Positions 36,401 to 50,266 of a stretch of 64,000 nt of DNA are shown here, piece by piece (position 1 is the first letter of the stretch; every line of letters starts with the position of its first letter). Source of the DNA: Yuukianura sp. NJ FZ-2021 (taxonomy: Eukaryota); NCBI GenBank assembly GCA_046563655.1, contig CM102289.1, forward strand, positions 3,348,001 through 3,412,000. Reading direction: 5' to 3'. The translations under genes were made by a program, and so were the position numbers. The notes below the pieces were generated by a model, which had not been told where the DNA came from, ran no database searches, and was given only the letters and a program-made list of their open reading frames with translations.

Positions 36401-39400
36401 GAGTCGTTATGTGTCTAGAATAACATTAGACCGTCGGAGGTACCTGGAACATCTTAACGAGTCCCAGTTGTCGGAAGCACTTTTTTTATATCTAAAAAAA
36501 AAAGAAACACAAATGGACAGGCGTAAAAAAGAGTTTTGCACCCACGACAAAACATTGTATAAATTTTTGGCTTGAGTTTCTACGCGCATGAGTGGCAGCA
36601 TTTTGCCTGAACTTTGATCTTTACGTTAACAAAAGTTTTAAAAACTTGATTTCGTTAAAAATGACATACCCAGCATTTCCATTTTACTACTTTTGGTTTT
36701 ACAAACATTTGTTTTAGTTTGATATAGCTAGTTTAAGTGGGTGTTGTTTCACGGTGTTCTGACGCACTTTGGGAGTGAAAGCAGTGAAAGTACAAGCGAT
36801 GCGATCTGCTAGGCTCTCTCAGTGGTGTCCAAATATGAATTAAGGCTTTATTTACACATGAGATCCAACGGGAAGCTTAAGGGAGGTCTGCATTTGAGAT
36901 CACCAAGTCTCTTTAGGAATTCAGAGAGGCAGAAGGGACTTATTCAGATGAATGGGATTATGCATGACCTTTAGGTTAGGCTTCCATCCTTAGTTACTTT
37001 CTCCATTTATCTGTCACGTTGAGTCCAAATTCTCCAGAGGCAGCTTGCATAACCTCGTGGTACCTCGGTACTTTGAATCCAATACTTCAAAATATCTAAT
37101 GCACTAAATCCTAAAAGTAGAGATCATTCACACTGGTCATTTTTCACTAACGAGGGAACCTTTCCTACCGTTCGCCAAGATTTTGCATTTATAAAATACA
37201 GTCATATTGTGAATGTGGAAAGACTATTTTCCGTGGTAGTTTCGGTTGATAACGCCAAAAAATTTACCTTTAGCTGCGCTCGAACACATGGCCCCATTCC
37301 AAACGAATGAGCAAAAATTTTTTATATCGACTTCTTCAACATAAAACGTGTTTAGGATGTTGTATAATAAAATTTGGACGTTTTCTGTTGAATAATTCGA
37401 GATAAAAGAAATATTGTTTTTCTTTTTTCTGGAGTGGGGTCACGAGTTCGAGTCCAGGTCGGGGTACTTTTTTTGGCGTTGACAACTGTAACTACCACGA
37501 AAAATAGTCTTCTGACATTCACAATATGACTGTATGTTTAACTTGAAAAACTCGACGAACAGTAGGAAAGGTTCCCTCGTAAGTTCGACAAAAGGTTGCG
37601 TAGCAACCGAAGAGACTTGGAACAAATCATCCTGAAAAACGAATTTTTGAAAGCTGGTTTCCTAGTGTAAGAACTTCTGTAAGTCAGTATCCAAATGTAA
37701 TTAATCTTCCGCATGTAAAGAACTCTTATTAAATTCCGTTCTCGCCTCAAGGAACCTTAGCTTTCTCCTTGTGAGTGAAAGCAATCTGGTGATAAGTAGG
37801 AAGTTTCCCGTTTAGAGCCAATTTCCTGAGACGAAAACTTTCTCGGTTCGCGTCGGTGAAGCCATTGGGCATTAGCATTACTTTTGGATACGACTTCAGC
37901 CCCATAATGGAAATCTGACACTAACTGTGATCCACGCGTGAATGGCTTATGGATGGAAACTGTCCCAACTGTCAGTTTTTCTATAAAAAAAAAGAAATGA
38001 AAGTGAAAGTTTTGCGCGCAACTTGAGCTTAGTCGAGTTATACATTATTGTGTTTTGGTTTCAAATCAAATTGTGTAGTTGAAAAACCTAAGCTCATTAG
38101 TTTAGTAGGGTGCTTAAAATTTGATAACATCAGTTCATTGCTATGCTATTTTTGAATCTGTTTATAATCTTTATAAATGCCGAAATATTAAAATAAGCTC
38201 TACTTTCCACTTGTTGGAAAGCGTGAAAAGAAAGCAAATCTGACTGAAAAATCTTCCTTTAAGCTCCAAGCCATTAGAAGACAAATCTGGAGAGAAAAGT
38301 GCAGCACTACTGGAGATGAATGCAATAAATTTAAAAAAGAAACAACTTTCTTCCGCTTTTAGTCTAATCAATATTCTCTCTTACTATACTCTCTTTAAAC
38401 CCACGAACAAAGCAGTTCTTAGAGAAAGTCCGAGCCTTATCGAGAGCTTTCCGCTTCCTAGACATCATCTGATGATTTGCACAGTGTTTGCTGCATTCTT
38501 GTTATAATTGAAAGGATTTACACTCTGTCACTCCTGAGCCGTAGGAGATGTTCAAGAACGGAAACTGGAGAAGGGCTCATTTCATCCATTAAGGCTCTCC
38601 TTCCCTTGATCAGAGCCACAAGTGCTAAACATAAGCTCCCTTTAGTACTATTCTCCATTCTCTTTCAAAATGCTTTCACTTTGATGTTTCCTGCCTTTAA
38701 AAAGGCTTTCAACGTTGGGCGTTATCCCTTTTAGATCCTAAATCAACAGCCTCCCCTGCTTTTTCAAAATTTAGAGAAAAGGTAATGGAGGGGGATTTTG
38801 TGGCGCGAGTAAGTAAAACCACAAGCGATTGCATTTTCAAACTTGCTTAAATTTACCTCCAACTACATAAGTCTATTAACACAACCACAAAGGTGGTGCG
38901 AGAAAATCGTATGGAATTTTTTTTAGAACAAAATTGTTGAGCGGTTGGTTTTTGAATTGCGACTGAGTCACTTTTTAATCACTTTTATTTAGTCACTAAA
39001 TTTATTTTTGCAGCTATACGTTTATGGTGAAAGCGCGGTGAAAGCTCATTTAATTTCTTTAAATTTTTGAAAATGTTCTTTTTTTAAATTTACAAAAAAA
39101 GAATTTTTAGAAACAGCTTTTCACAGTTCAATGATTCCATGACAAAGTTTCAATTCGTGGTTAGATAAAGTTGCGAGAAATCAAATACAGCTTCACTTGC
39201 GAATTGACTTTGAAAATTGTAGTTTTTGAAACTTCCGATTCACCCATGTCCAGACATCTTGAGACGACTGTCGTTTTATGACCTACCTCGTGTCTGTCTT
39301 TATCAATAGAAATAGACCAGTTCAGAAAAAGTAAAAATGCCTCTAAAAATTTCATGTGAGGCGCGCTTTTTTTTTGTGAGTTTTTCGTCTTTTCGTCAAA

Positions 39401-41699
39401 TGGAAAAGAAGTAGACGGGCGAGAAGCCAAAGAAAAGAAAGTCGGAAGATGAGGGCAGGCGACTTTGATTTCCCATTTTCTTCGTCTTCAGACTTTCACT
39501 TTCGATTCACTTTGATTCCTCAATATTCTGGTCTACCCACAGTAGTAGTATAGGTTAAGTGCACAAGAAAATAGAAAGTGAAGGCTCAACACACTTATTG
39601 GAGACAACAGATCAAACATTTCAGTCCGCCTTCGCGGTTTCCTGCGTTCCATTTTCCTTTTCAAACGAATCCGAAGTTTTAGAGGCAAGGTTATAGGTTT
39701 CGAAGGAACTGATTCAACGAAATATTCTATTTGTAGGAATTAGCTCTCATCGAGGAGAATCCATGGATGGAATTCCTAAATAACAAAAGCTTTTCTCGAA
39801 GCTTTTTGGAGAAACAGCTTGCACTTTGCCAAGGGTTATTGTGCATTTACAAAGACTTTGACTCTCGGCTTCCCTATTTTTGTATTCTGCTACTTCACTT
39901 TCCAGGGCTGTTTGGGCTAGATGAGCACGTTTCATTAACCCCGTCTCCTAGACTTCTAAAAAGCCCTAGTCACTAGTGTTTCTTTTCTAATAGATTAAAA
40001 ACCAGAGGCAGCAAGCAGGGAAGTTAGCAACCAGCGACTAGCAAAGAATAACGTAACCTAACGTAGGAACTCTCCACTGAACTTCTGAAGCATCTCATTA
40101 TGTCCTCTCTTGCTAGTGTTACCAAGAGAAAGTAAATATTGACGACCGTGTTACTGTACTAGGTGCTCCGTCGTCACAGTTCTTTCCAATATGACAATAG
40201 AAAACACCCGTGGAGAGTAGCAATTCATGCACGTCCTGCTTAGTCACAAGGTTTTTCAGTTTATACACAAGTTACGTTAGGTTTCCAAACCGGTAGAATG
40301 CGTTTGGAAATTCAAAATTTGGAGGAAAACAGGCTCTGGAAATTTGACTATGATCCGGTAAAACTATGCTACGGTAAAAAGAGAAATGATTTAGATGAAA
40401 TAATAATTTTTTATGACTTTGTCTTCTGGGAAAAGACGTAACGTTAAGATGAACCAATCTTCTTCTTCCGCTTTAATCAACACAGAATCTCTGATGGACT
40501 CACTTTCACTTCCACTTTCTCTCTCGTCCATTTCCTCGAATCGACTTTAGCTCATAATTTATTTATATTCGAAAAGAAAGTTCCGGATTACCACAACGTA
40601 ACGTAAGAGAAGTTGCAAATTATTCACACTTGTTTTCTTCAAAGGTTATGTTAGCCTGACTTAACCTTAATCAAAGGAACGAGAGGTTTTGAGTAATAAT
40701 GCAAATGGGCAAAATTAAAAGAGAAAACAAAGCAATTTCTGGAACTCAGTCCATACTTTCTCTTAGGGACAAACAAATCCTGTCAAAAAGGAAAAGTTTT
40801 TGAGAACTTTTTGTCATTGTGAAATATGCAGAGTGACTCGGAGTTTATTGAAATGAGAAATATCCGGTGGGAATTTAGCAACTGGATGGAAGAGGAGCAG
40901 ACTGGCATGATTTATTTAAATATTTCCAAACAGTTTGAAAACGAGAGGGAAAACTCCTCGGGGGATTCATTTTCAGATCCCACAAAAGAAGAAAAAGTTT
41001 TAAGTGGAAATATAGCCAAATGAGACCACCACGAGAGCCTTAAGGGCACACCGAATTTTCCTTTGTTATGTTTTAGTACACAATGGAATTGCATTTGTTC
41101 ACAGAATGTGTTCTAAGTCACTCATATGGAGTGAAAGTAAACCAAAACCAAAAGTAAACATTTGTTTGGCTAAACCAAAATCAATTGGTTAGGGATTCAA
41201 AATCTGCTTTCCTTGTTTTTTTTAAAGTTTGTTTTATTTGAATCCAAATACGATATGTTGTACTTTGAAACACAATGGTAAGGTGGAGTAACAGTTATGT
41301 GGTTCAAAGGTGGTCATAGGATTCTGCATCTGCCAGACTAGTTTTCCTCACAACATCTATTTCGCCGTTTGGATCACACAAGAAACAAGGAAAGCTGAAA
41401 TATCGACCCGCGCAAATTCCCTTGCGAACTTATATTTTTTTTCCTCCACTACGAACCCCATTGTAGAGCAGAGTTCCGCGTTTCCTATTGTATTGCGCTC
41501 ATCCCTCAGTTTCCCAAGGGCTTCTGCTCAAATCCTACACAGTTTACGTTCCACGCTGTGCACCGTGTACGCCGAATCCTCGTGTACATAGCACCCACTT
41601 CAACGAAGTGCTTAACCTCAACTTACGTTCCACTATGAACCACTTAGGCGCACAACCTAACCGTTTTAATGTGTTTCATATTTTTTGTATCAATATCAA

Positions 41700-41927
41700 A
41701 TCGGAAATACTTTCAAGCCAAAACGTGTTTACGGAATTTGACTCATAATTTCCTTCCCGCGTTGCTCAAAAGATTCGCGCCTCTTCTTTAAGCATGATTT
41801 TAAATAAACCACGGGTCACGTATGTCTCGTAAGCCTATGTCTGTCGTAATGAGCATGTAAGCAGACGGACGGACGGACAGACAGACAGACACGGTCAAAC
41901 CATAAAGTAGTTTTCGCTACTCTATAT
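41700..41927 (-). mobile_element. 5' part of a second HINE/DINE-1-like element from a different subfamily; 3' boundary unresolved
   Basis: The minus strand reads atagagtag-cgaaaa-ctactttat (stem-loop), then ggtttgaccgt, then a (GTCT)/(GTCC) microsatellite (41862-41890). This is the same order and the same ggtttgacc.tgtctgtctg junction as the element at 29864. Confidence 0.65.
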
Positions 41928-43969
41928 GTTTAAATTTTAAAACTATGTAAATTTAAATATTTAACCTGCAAGAGAGGCTAATAACTTCTTGGAAATTTTA
42001 ATTAACGTGGATTCTTGTTTTTTAGTCTTGTGTAATTAAACTTACAGATTTCTATGTGCAACGTCGCTTTGCAGATTTCTTATACTTTTTTTTTTACTTG
42101 CTCTTGTTGAATTCAGTAGTGAAAATGAAGGCTGAAAGAGACAAACAAAGCACGGATTCTGGAAATCTGATGAGTAGAGGACAGTCTACTTGCTAGTTAG
42201 TGACGTTGTGCTATGGGACTGTTGCTGTGTGGCCGACTGTCATGCAACATTTTGTGTTGCTGGTAGTAAGCGGAAGGGGAAGGGCGGAGAGGACGGGGCT
42301 CGTTACTGTTGATGGTTTGCTTGTGTTCGCCTGAGGTGAAAGTTCCTCGGAATTTCACCGTTCTTTACGAAGAGCAGGGCAGACAGAGAAAGCTGGAGCG
42401 AGGAATTTGATTATGGTTTTCCAGGGAACCTAACCTTTTGCTCATTCTTTTGGATATGATGGCTAGTGGCTTCCGACCAAGAAAAAACAGCATCGGTTCC
42501 ATTCCCATCGTCTGCTGCCTCACAAATCAACAAACTCTAACCTAAACTGTCCAAATTTTCCCAAATATTCCAAACATGAGCAAATATTGATGAAATGAAA
42601 TGGACGTTTGAAGAATCTTCTGTGACAGCATAAGCTCTTTTTTTGATACTCGAAGGTCTAACATGAAATTCTAGAAAACTTGAGAAACCGGCTAAAGTTA
42701 TGGTGACACGGGAGGTCATCTGATCTATCAAATGTGAGGGAGGGACACACTATATGGCACATAGCTTAACATTGCAGAGAGCGGAAAAGCCTATAGAGTT
42801 GAACAGGAAATGAAGACGATGGAGTGTGCCAAGGAAATTACTCTCGTGTCCTTCTATTGCCAAGCGAACAGAAACCGATGAGATCAAAATGCCTTCTGCA
42901 AAAATTGCTTTCCGCAAATACGGAGCTGGAAATGCCACTATCTTGGAATTGGCCACTTTCTCAATCTGTAGACAGAAAGATCAGATCTGTCTTCCAAAAT
43001 GTTCCAGACTTATAACTTACGCTATAACCCATGGATTTGTAGCGCAAACTGACCACCTAAAACACATAGAACCTTCTACTTCCTTTAATGTTTTAGTATT
43101 CCCGCCAAAATAACGCCTGGTCCAACCACTCTCCAATTTTTTTTTTTTTGCAAATCAAACACTTTTCTGCTCTCGCATCATTACTCTTCCCTAATCGTTT
43201 GGCACTTAGATTGCCACTTTTTCAGTTTAAGTATTTCAGAGGAAGCGGAAGCTGAGGGGGACGAGTTAGTAATTTTTTAATGTGGTGACATCTTGTTCAT
43301 CCATTTGAGAGATATTAGACTGCCGGGAGAGTAATGGTGAACGTCTTCCAGGAAGTTTTTGCATTTCCTTAAAATATTTCAATGTCTTCTGACTTTTTAA
43401 TTAAAGTCTAAACGTTGTTGTTACTCGTTTGTTGGCAAAGTGCGACAGGAGAGCACGAAACTTTTGGCAGATTAGATATCTGGCAACATGTACGCAGCGT
43501 AGGAAGAAGAGCAATTAGCTCAATTGCCTTTTAGAGTCATTAAGTACGAGAGTATGAGGCGGTAGCTTCATCATTGGAGAAAAGTGAGCTCAACGCCAGG
43601 AATAGACAAAATGAAGATACTTGAGTAGCAGAGCAGATTTTTCTGAACGCAGGAAGCAAACGCAAAACGGTGCTCACTTAAATTCAAACATAAGCGCATA
43701 CGTGCTTTTATAAATTTGTTTCCATAAGTGTAAATGGTACATCAGGGTACGTTTTCATGCAGTCAGGAACATGCTCATTGCACAGGATGTGTAGCTTTTA
43801 GTCAAGGGCTATAATTAAATTAAATTAAAGCACTGCGCTTAAATGTTTTTTTAAACAGTATTTTGGTACTAGGCGTTTAAATCCATAATTTCTTAACTCA
43901 ATTCATCATAGGATTTGTGGGAGATTTAGACTACAGGATATCCGAATTTTAAAAATTGTCAATCCGAAT

Positions 43970-44761
43970 TAGAGGTGGTAGCCTGCAGGTAAACCTGCGG
44001 CAGACTGCAGGCTGCCTGCGCCGTGGCGCAGGCAGGCTAAACCTGCGGAGGGATTGTGCAGGCTGCAGGCCTGCAGGCTTCTGTTTGTAACATTTGCAGG
44101 CAGGCAGGTTCAACCTGCAACACTACTGCAGTCATCTGCACTTTGCCTGCAGTCTAAGTGTGTGTATTTATTTCTCGTTTCAAACGCACAAAGACGCATA
44201 AAGAGGCAGGGAAACGCGAAACTTTGAATTTAATTCTTCTCCCTTTCTTCCGCAACAGCTGTGGTGTGATCAATTTCAATTTCGTACACCTTTTTGACTT
44301 AATGAACAATTAAATTTACTCACTTTAGCCAGGCAATCGCATTTTGCCGCCATTAAACGATCAGTCCGGCGCCGGAACGTCTACCATAGGACCGATTTGG
44401 CATAAAATACTAACAAAATAACACAACGGGGTCAGTCCCCTACTCTTGTTTTAAGTTCAACTTCCAGTTATCAAATCCTCATTAATCAAAAATTAATTAC
44501 ATAGATTAGTTATATCGAACTGGAAGGATATTAATAAATAAACTCGTATTCTGTAGAACTTTTTATATGAGAATTTTTTTTGCAGGCCAACTGCAGGTAG
44601 CCTGCGCAGCCTGCAGGCTGGTCTGCCAAAGTGCCTTGCAGGCCGCAGGCCTGCAGGCTGCCGATTTCCGGGAATTTTGCAGGCTGCAGGCGTGCAGGCT
44701 AAAAATTCCTGCAGTGCAGGTGGCGCAGGTTGGGAAAAATACTTGCAGGCTACCACCTCTA
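43970..44761. mobile_element. Non-autonomous hAT-like DNA transposon with 18-bp TIRs, 8-bp TSD and CTGCAG-rich subterminal repeats
   Basis: TIRs tagaggtggtagcctgca and tgcaggctaccacctcta; exact TSD atccgaat at 43962-43969 and 44762-44769; dense cctgc/gcagg/ctgcag words in both subterminal regions (about 190 bp each); no coding capacity. Confidence 0.9.
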
Positions 44762-47700
44762 ATCCGAATCCGGATTTTTTTGTATTTGATGGTATTAGGG
44801 AAAAAATATTTAAATAAAATTGTTCCTGAATAATTTTTGTCGCAAATAAATAACCATCCTTATCCACACACAGTATATATCCACCTTGTCCAATATTTAC
44901 AAATTCATGTTACGCACATCCCTATTCCCATTTTAAAAGTCAAATATTTTTAATAGAAGTTACCATGTACCCAAAAATCCTAATCCGAAACCGGATTTGG
45001 CCATATGAAAACCGGATAAAATTCAAAACCTGAATTTTTGAAAATAATGCGATTTGGGATCCCTAAATACTACGCTTAAAAAAAAACATTTTGGTCTATA
45101 TTTACGTTTAATTTTACGTTACTGTGAGTCAAAAACTGTTTTTGAATAGTTCTACTGCATGTGAACGTTGAAGCGAGGAATATAAATATTTCGGACTACG
45201 TTCGGCAGTAGGTTGATAAGAGTTAGCCCAAAAAATGCGTTGTTATGAATTCGTAACGCTCAGGTCTGGTCAGTCGTTTAGGAGAACAAAATATTTTTAG
45301 AGAAAATCTTTCGTGAAATGGCCTGTGTGGCTTTTTGAAATTTCATTAAATTAAATTGGTCGTATAGTCAGAAGCTTTCTGTTTACACGACGTTGATCTC
45401 TTGAGCTTTGCTGCTTTGAATTGTTTCCAGTTAGGAATGGAACGAAAAAAAATGTTACCACGATTTTGGTTTTCCTGGAATCGTAGACTGGAGCGTTAGA
45501 AGCGAGGGCAAACGCGTTGGATTTGAAACGAGATTTGGTCGGTTGTGGTTGAGGTAAAAAGAATAAACACTGATGTTCACAGAAGCATGTGAAGCAAAAC
45601 TTTTTGACCTTCGGGGGTCACCCTATCACACTCCATGCGGCGCATCGTTTAATGACATGAACAAAAGTTTTTCCACTGAAACCTTATTTGATGAGTTGGA
45701 ATTGTGTTGAGTTAAGTTGAAATGCAGGAACTCAAACCACGCGTGCCAAGGAATTTATTTTGCGCATGTTGGTATAGTTGAACTACGTCAACATTTGTTA
45801 CCAACATGATCCCAGACATGGAGATGCGATAAGATGCAAGAGTACAGTAGACGTAACTGACGCTGTCTTGCTGAATAGGAGATGTGGAGAGAAAGTGGAT
45901 TGATTTAATGATCGAGGAAAGAAATTCGAGAGGGAGGCTGACAGCCTTACATTCCCTAAATTTATTTCTCCCGCTTTCTCCTTGCTTTCATTTCCTTGGA
46001 GCTCCATTTCTCATATGCTTACAAGTGCGTGGTTGCTTACTTGCTTCTTCCTGCCAAAAGAAACTCAACACTAATTGAATTAACGTACACTTTAATATCC
46101 CCCCACCTCTTGACTTCCTTCTCAATTCTCTACTGAGACTGGATGGGAATTGCTGAGACTTCTCTCCACTTATATACTTTCACCCCTATGCGTAACACTC
46201 AAGAGTCGCCGCCACTTCGTAGAACACTTACAAGTTCTTAACTACATAGAATAAACTTATAATTGGAACTGAGATGAACTTCGTACTTCAGTTTGTTTGG
46301 AAACAAACAACGGTGGTCTACTTTCTCCAGTTAACAACCTAACATAAACGCGAGCTATATAGCCCTGTATTAATTGTTAAAGTTTGAGTTAGTTCATGGG
46401 TTGCATTCTATTCTACTTAGGGAGGCAATCTACATCAACATTAACTGTAAAAGTAACATCTGATTCCAATTTTGGATTTAACTCTTACAGGCCCAAATAC
46501 TATAGGTTAGAATTTCCTAAAAATTTCGTGGAACTACAGAGTAGTTTCTTTTCCGACTTTGTTTAGAAAAAGATTTGTAGCTAACCATTTACAACCAGGA
46601 TTTAATACATAGTGACGCACTGCTTATGTAAGAAAGATGTCGTTTATTTTAAGCAGTCAGCTTCTAAAGTAGCTATTAGCTCAGTAACAACTGTGGATGA
46701 AACCATCTCCAAAACAGCGCACTACGGCGACTAAGGAGTGCGTGCAAAAAAAGATGCTTTTATTACGTAAAGTGATTCCAGCAATACAAAATCTATAACA
46801 CTTTCTTGTACAACGCCTCCACGATATAACATTTTCGGTGAAAGTTTTCGCTTTCTACCACCAGAATTCTTTTGTAGCCGACGGGCTGCGTTTTGACTAT
46901 GGTTTAAAATGTTAGGTTAAGTTAACATTTTTTGTTAACTTTTTCAATGTGTTGGCTCAAAAATATTTTTAAAAAAATTAAAGGTTCGTTTATTATAATT
47001 AAATGAAAAGTAAAACTTGCAAGTACTGCAGAGGTTAGATTACACTGTGTTGCATTTACTACAAAGTGTATTGAAAAGTGTGACGGAGTTTAGCGGTTTA
47101 CAAAGGACAAAACAAAGTTCACAATTAGATTTTGACTGTGAGTAGAAACTATTTGAGTGGTTCTACTGCAAAAGTGGGCGCAGGTCAGTTGAGCACTAGA
47201 CAAAGTTAAGTTGGGTATCTGCATAGCTTAGGTTATAGTTTCACCGATTCTAACTTTCTTCACATTTTGAGAAATTGCGGCTTCGAGAAAGTTTTAAACA
47301 AAGTCTAGGCAAGATCTTCCTCGCGCCTTCTTACCTTCTTTATTCTCGCCCACAATAGTTCGGCTTTTCATTTTTGACACTTTGCAGAATTCCAGCTCAT
47401 TTATGCACATATAAATCAGCTTAGACAAAGTTTAGGAGAACTTTGGCCATAAGGAATTCTAACTGAACACAAAAAGAGCCTAGCTGCACATTGAAGATAT
47501 TTCCCAATTCTATTTCTTTCCTCCAACATTTAGTTCCTTTACCTGAAGATTCATAAAGCACAAGAAGCCTTTACTTTCTCCTTTCCCTGTATAATACCCA
47601 CTTTAATAAAAGATTCCACCATTGACTTTTAGATTCCTTTCATAAATCAAATATTTTTTATTCTTCTTTTCTCCTCACGCGGAATAAGCCTTTTCGTCGC

Positions 47701-50042
47701 TATGAGCTTTCGATCGATACCGTAGTAATACCAGCACCAACAGCAAAACAACTTTTTCATAAAAAAACAGCACTCAGATTTGTTGTGAATTCTGCCGATT
47801 TCTGGGAAAGTATCGATGCAAACTTGTAGCTCAAAGTTCAAAACACGAAAAACTTTTACTTCAAAAAATTCTCAACTCTTTCATCACAACTTTACATGTT
47901 TTGGAACTTTGTTTGTTTTTTCTTAAAACATGAAGTTGTATCTGCTCTACTTTCACCAAATGAGCTATCTAAACCTATCTGATTTCAGCTAAAAGCAACT
48001 TGATTTTTACCATTTTATTTACTTATCATTTGACTATTTTATTCAAAGGCGAAATTTACAAGTACGGAATGTTTTACGGTTTAATAAACTTTTAAGGCAG
48101 ATTTACATGAGATAAACTTATTGATCGTATGGGTTAAGCTTGCAGTGAAGTGAATTAATGGTTTGAAATTTTCCGGGCTAACTTGGTAATTTAAAATTTA
48201 CTTTCCCACGGAGTCACTTACGTTGAGGAGCTCTATCACCGGAATGTGCATATTATGCGAGTGACTGCAGATGACAAATGATGGAGTACTGCGTGGAGGT
48301 TGACAATAGAAAATTATATTCCCAGAGCTCTCTCGCTGGAGTTTATAATAACTTGTGTTTATAATGTTAGGCGAAGTAAAAAGTAGTTCATCCAGCACTC
48401 TAGAAATGCAGTGGCAGCAGCCATTAGCCCAGCGACAAATAATTTTTAGTCTTGGTTTTTCACTTGAATATAAATTATTCATAAACTCTCGGCGGGTTCT
48501 CAACCCACACCCTGAGAGATGAAATTAATGAAGCGGGTTCGTTAAGATTCTAAACGGAACTCCTCAAAACCCAATGTCCTTGTTTCCAAAATAATACAGT
48601 GACTCATCCCAAAAAGTCACAACTACTCAAGCTCTGAATGAATCTCAGATCCAACTCAGTCGTAAAGAACTCAGTAACTTCCTTTCCTTCATCGCACAAG
48701 CACCAGATTTCATCACAAAGGAAGTAGAGAATGAAACAAAAATAAAATTGCCCCTGTGACGCAATGATAAAACTTTATTTCAAAACTAAAGCAGAAGAAA
48801 ACTTTTGTCTTTGTCGTCGTATCTCCATAACGCAGGCCGTCACTTCTAAGTGAAAAGGAACAGAAGTGGCGGGAAAAACGTGACATGAATTTTGACGATT
48901 TCATCTTTTGCTTATTGTTCCTTCTTGAATAAGAATTACTGTTTAAATTTTATTCGTACCTGCGTAATATCCGCAAGATCATGTAACAGATAAAGTATAA
49001 ACTTTTTCTGCTTTTGTTGCTGTCGAAACGAAAATAGGTTTTACGATTTCATTTGACACAAAAAAGCAGAACTTAATGTCGCCGCAAATCACATGAAACC
49101 AAATAACATAAGCTGTTATATTTTATGAAAACGGAGTTAATTTGTATTTACGGCACTTTTACTAAGCGTGACGCTGTATATTATTCCTCTCCTGTGTTTT
49201 ATGCCCTTTTTGCTAAAAGCTCACAAAAAAAATTTACTTGGAGACAAAATGCTTCTGAATTAATTTTCGCAAAGTATCGCGTCTGTACGATGAAATTTCT
49301 GACAGAGTCATTTTCCCAACAGCAGGCACGAAACAACGTAAGTAAAGTTTTTTAACAAAGAAAAGAATGCGGCGGCGACTGACATAAAGGGATAGAGAGG
49401 TTAGAGTTAAAAATAATAAATTTGGAGACTTGGAATGAATTTTGGGCGATGTACGAAGAATACCAAAGTCCCCTCATGTGTATACTGCAACGAAAGTTCT
49501 TGCTCGCTCTCCACTGTTCTGGAAGTTTAAAGAAAATAGGAAAGCAGAAAGTGAGTTCTCCAGAAGAGAAAAGTTTTAGTTTGAGAATTCAAAAGGCTCC
49601 CGCCAAACTTCCTCCCTGCGGATTTCCAACTGCTCACGTCGAGACCAGATGAAAGAACTCCAAAATCCCTTTTCAAAATCTCCCTCCGACTTTAGTAGTA
49701 CAGTCGGCAGGCAGGTTTTGCCAAAGGAAAGAGGTATAACCTAACCAAAAAAGAGGAAGGATGCCACTTGCTTTCTCCGCCTCAACCTCACCCATTAGTT
49801 TAGCGGATGCAATGGATAAAGAACAGCACCCACACCTATACCCCACCACCCATTTATTACAATCAACCCAATTCCACGCTTCCTCCTGCTCAGTGTGGAC
49901 CCATTAAAGCTAAGATCTCAGTTTCACGACACGATTTATAACGCATTTACATAAACCACCAATATTTGCTCATAAACCCAAAAGACTGCGATTTGAAACT
50001 GTTTGCTTTCCCGCGAAAACAAAACAGTAAAATGATGCAACG

Positions 50043-50266
50043 CAAGGTTGCTAAAGCAACCAAATTGTATTTCCTATAACAGGTTTTTTAATAACTCGGC
50101 TTTTCGGAATTTTGAGTGAATACAATTTTTTGCGCCAATTCCGTTACGTTACATACAAATCATTATCATAGAGGGGTACGGCGAAACAAATTTTGTAAAT
50201 TATAAAACGTCGAGTTATTGAATAACCTGTTGTAGGAATCAACAATTTGCTTGATTACCTACCTTG
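50043..50266. mobile_element. Old MITE with about 55-bp imperfect TIRs (CAAGG...CCTTG) and a degenerate 8-bp TSD; hAT- or P-like
   Basis: Left arm caaggttgctaaagcaaccaaattgtatttcctataacaggttttttaataactcg versus reverse-complemented right arm caaggtaggtaatcaagcaaattgttgattcctacaacaggttattcaataactcg. Flanks atgcaacg and gtgaaacg match at 6 of 8 positions. Confidence 0.7.

Noticed and set aside
37436..37474. tRNA-like 3' half (GTTCGAGTCC followed by a T run)
   Set aside because: The T-stem does not pair and there is no 5' half; at best a decayed SINE scrap.
44493..44867. ORFs with PA/LQA-rich translation
   Set aside because: Artefacts of the CTGCAG subterminal repeats of the hAT-like MITE.
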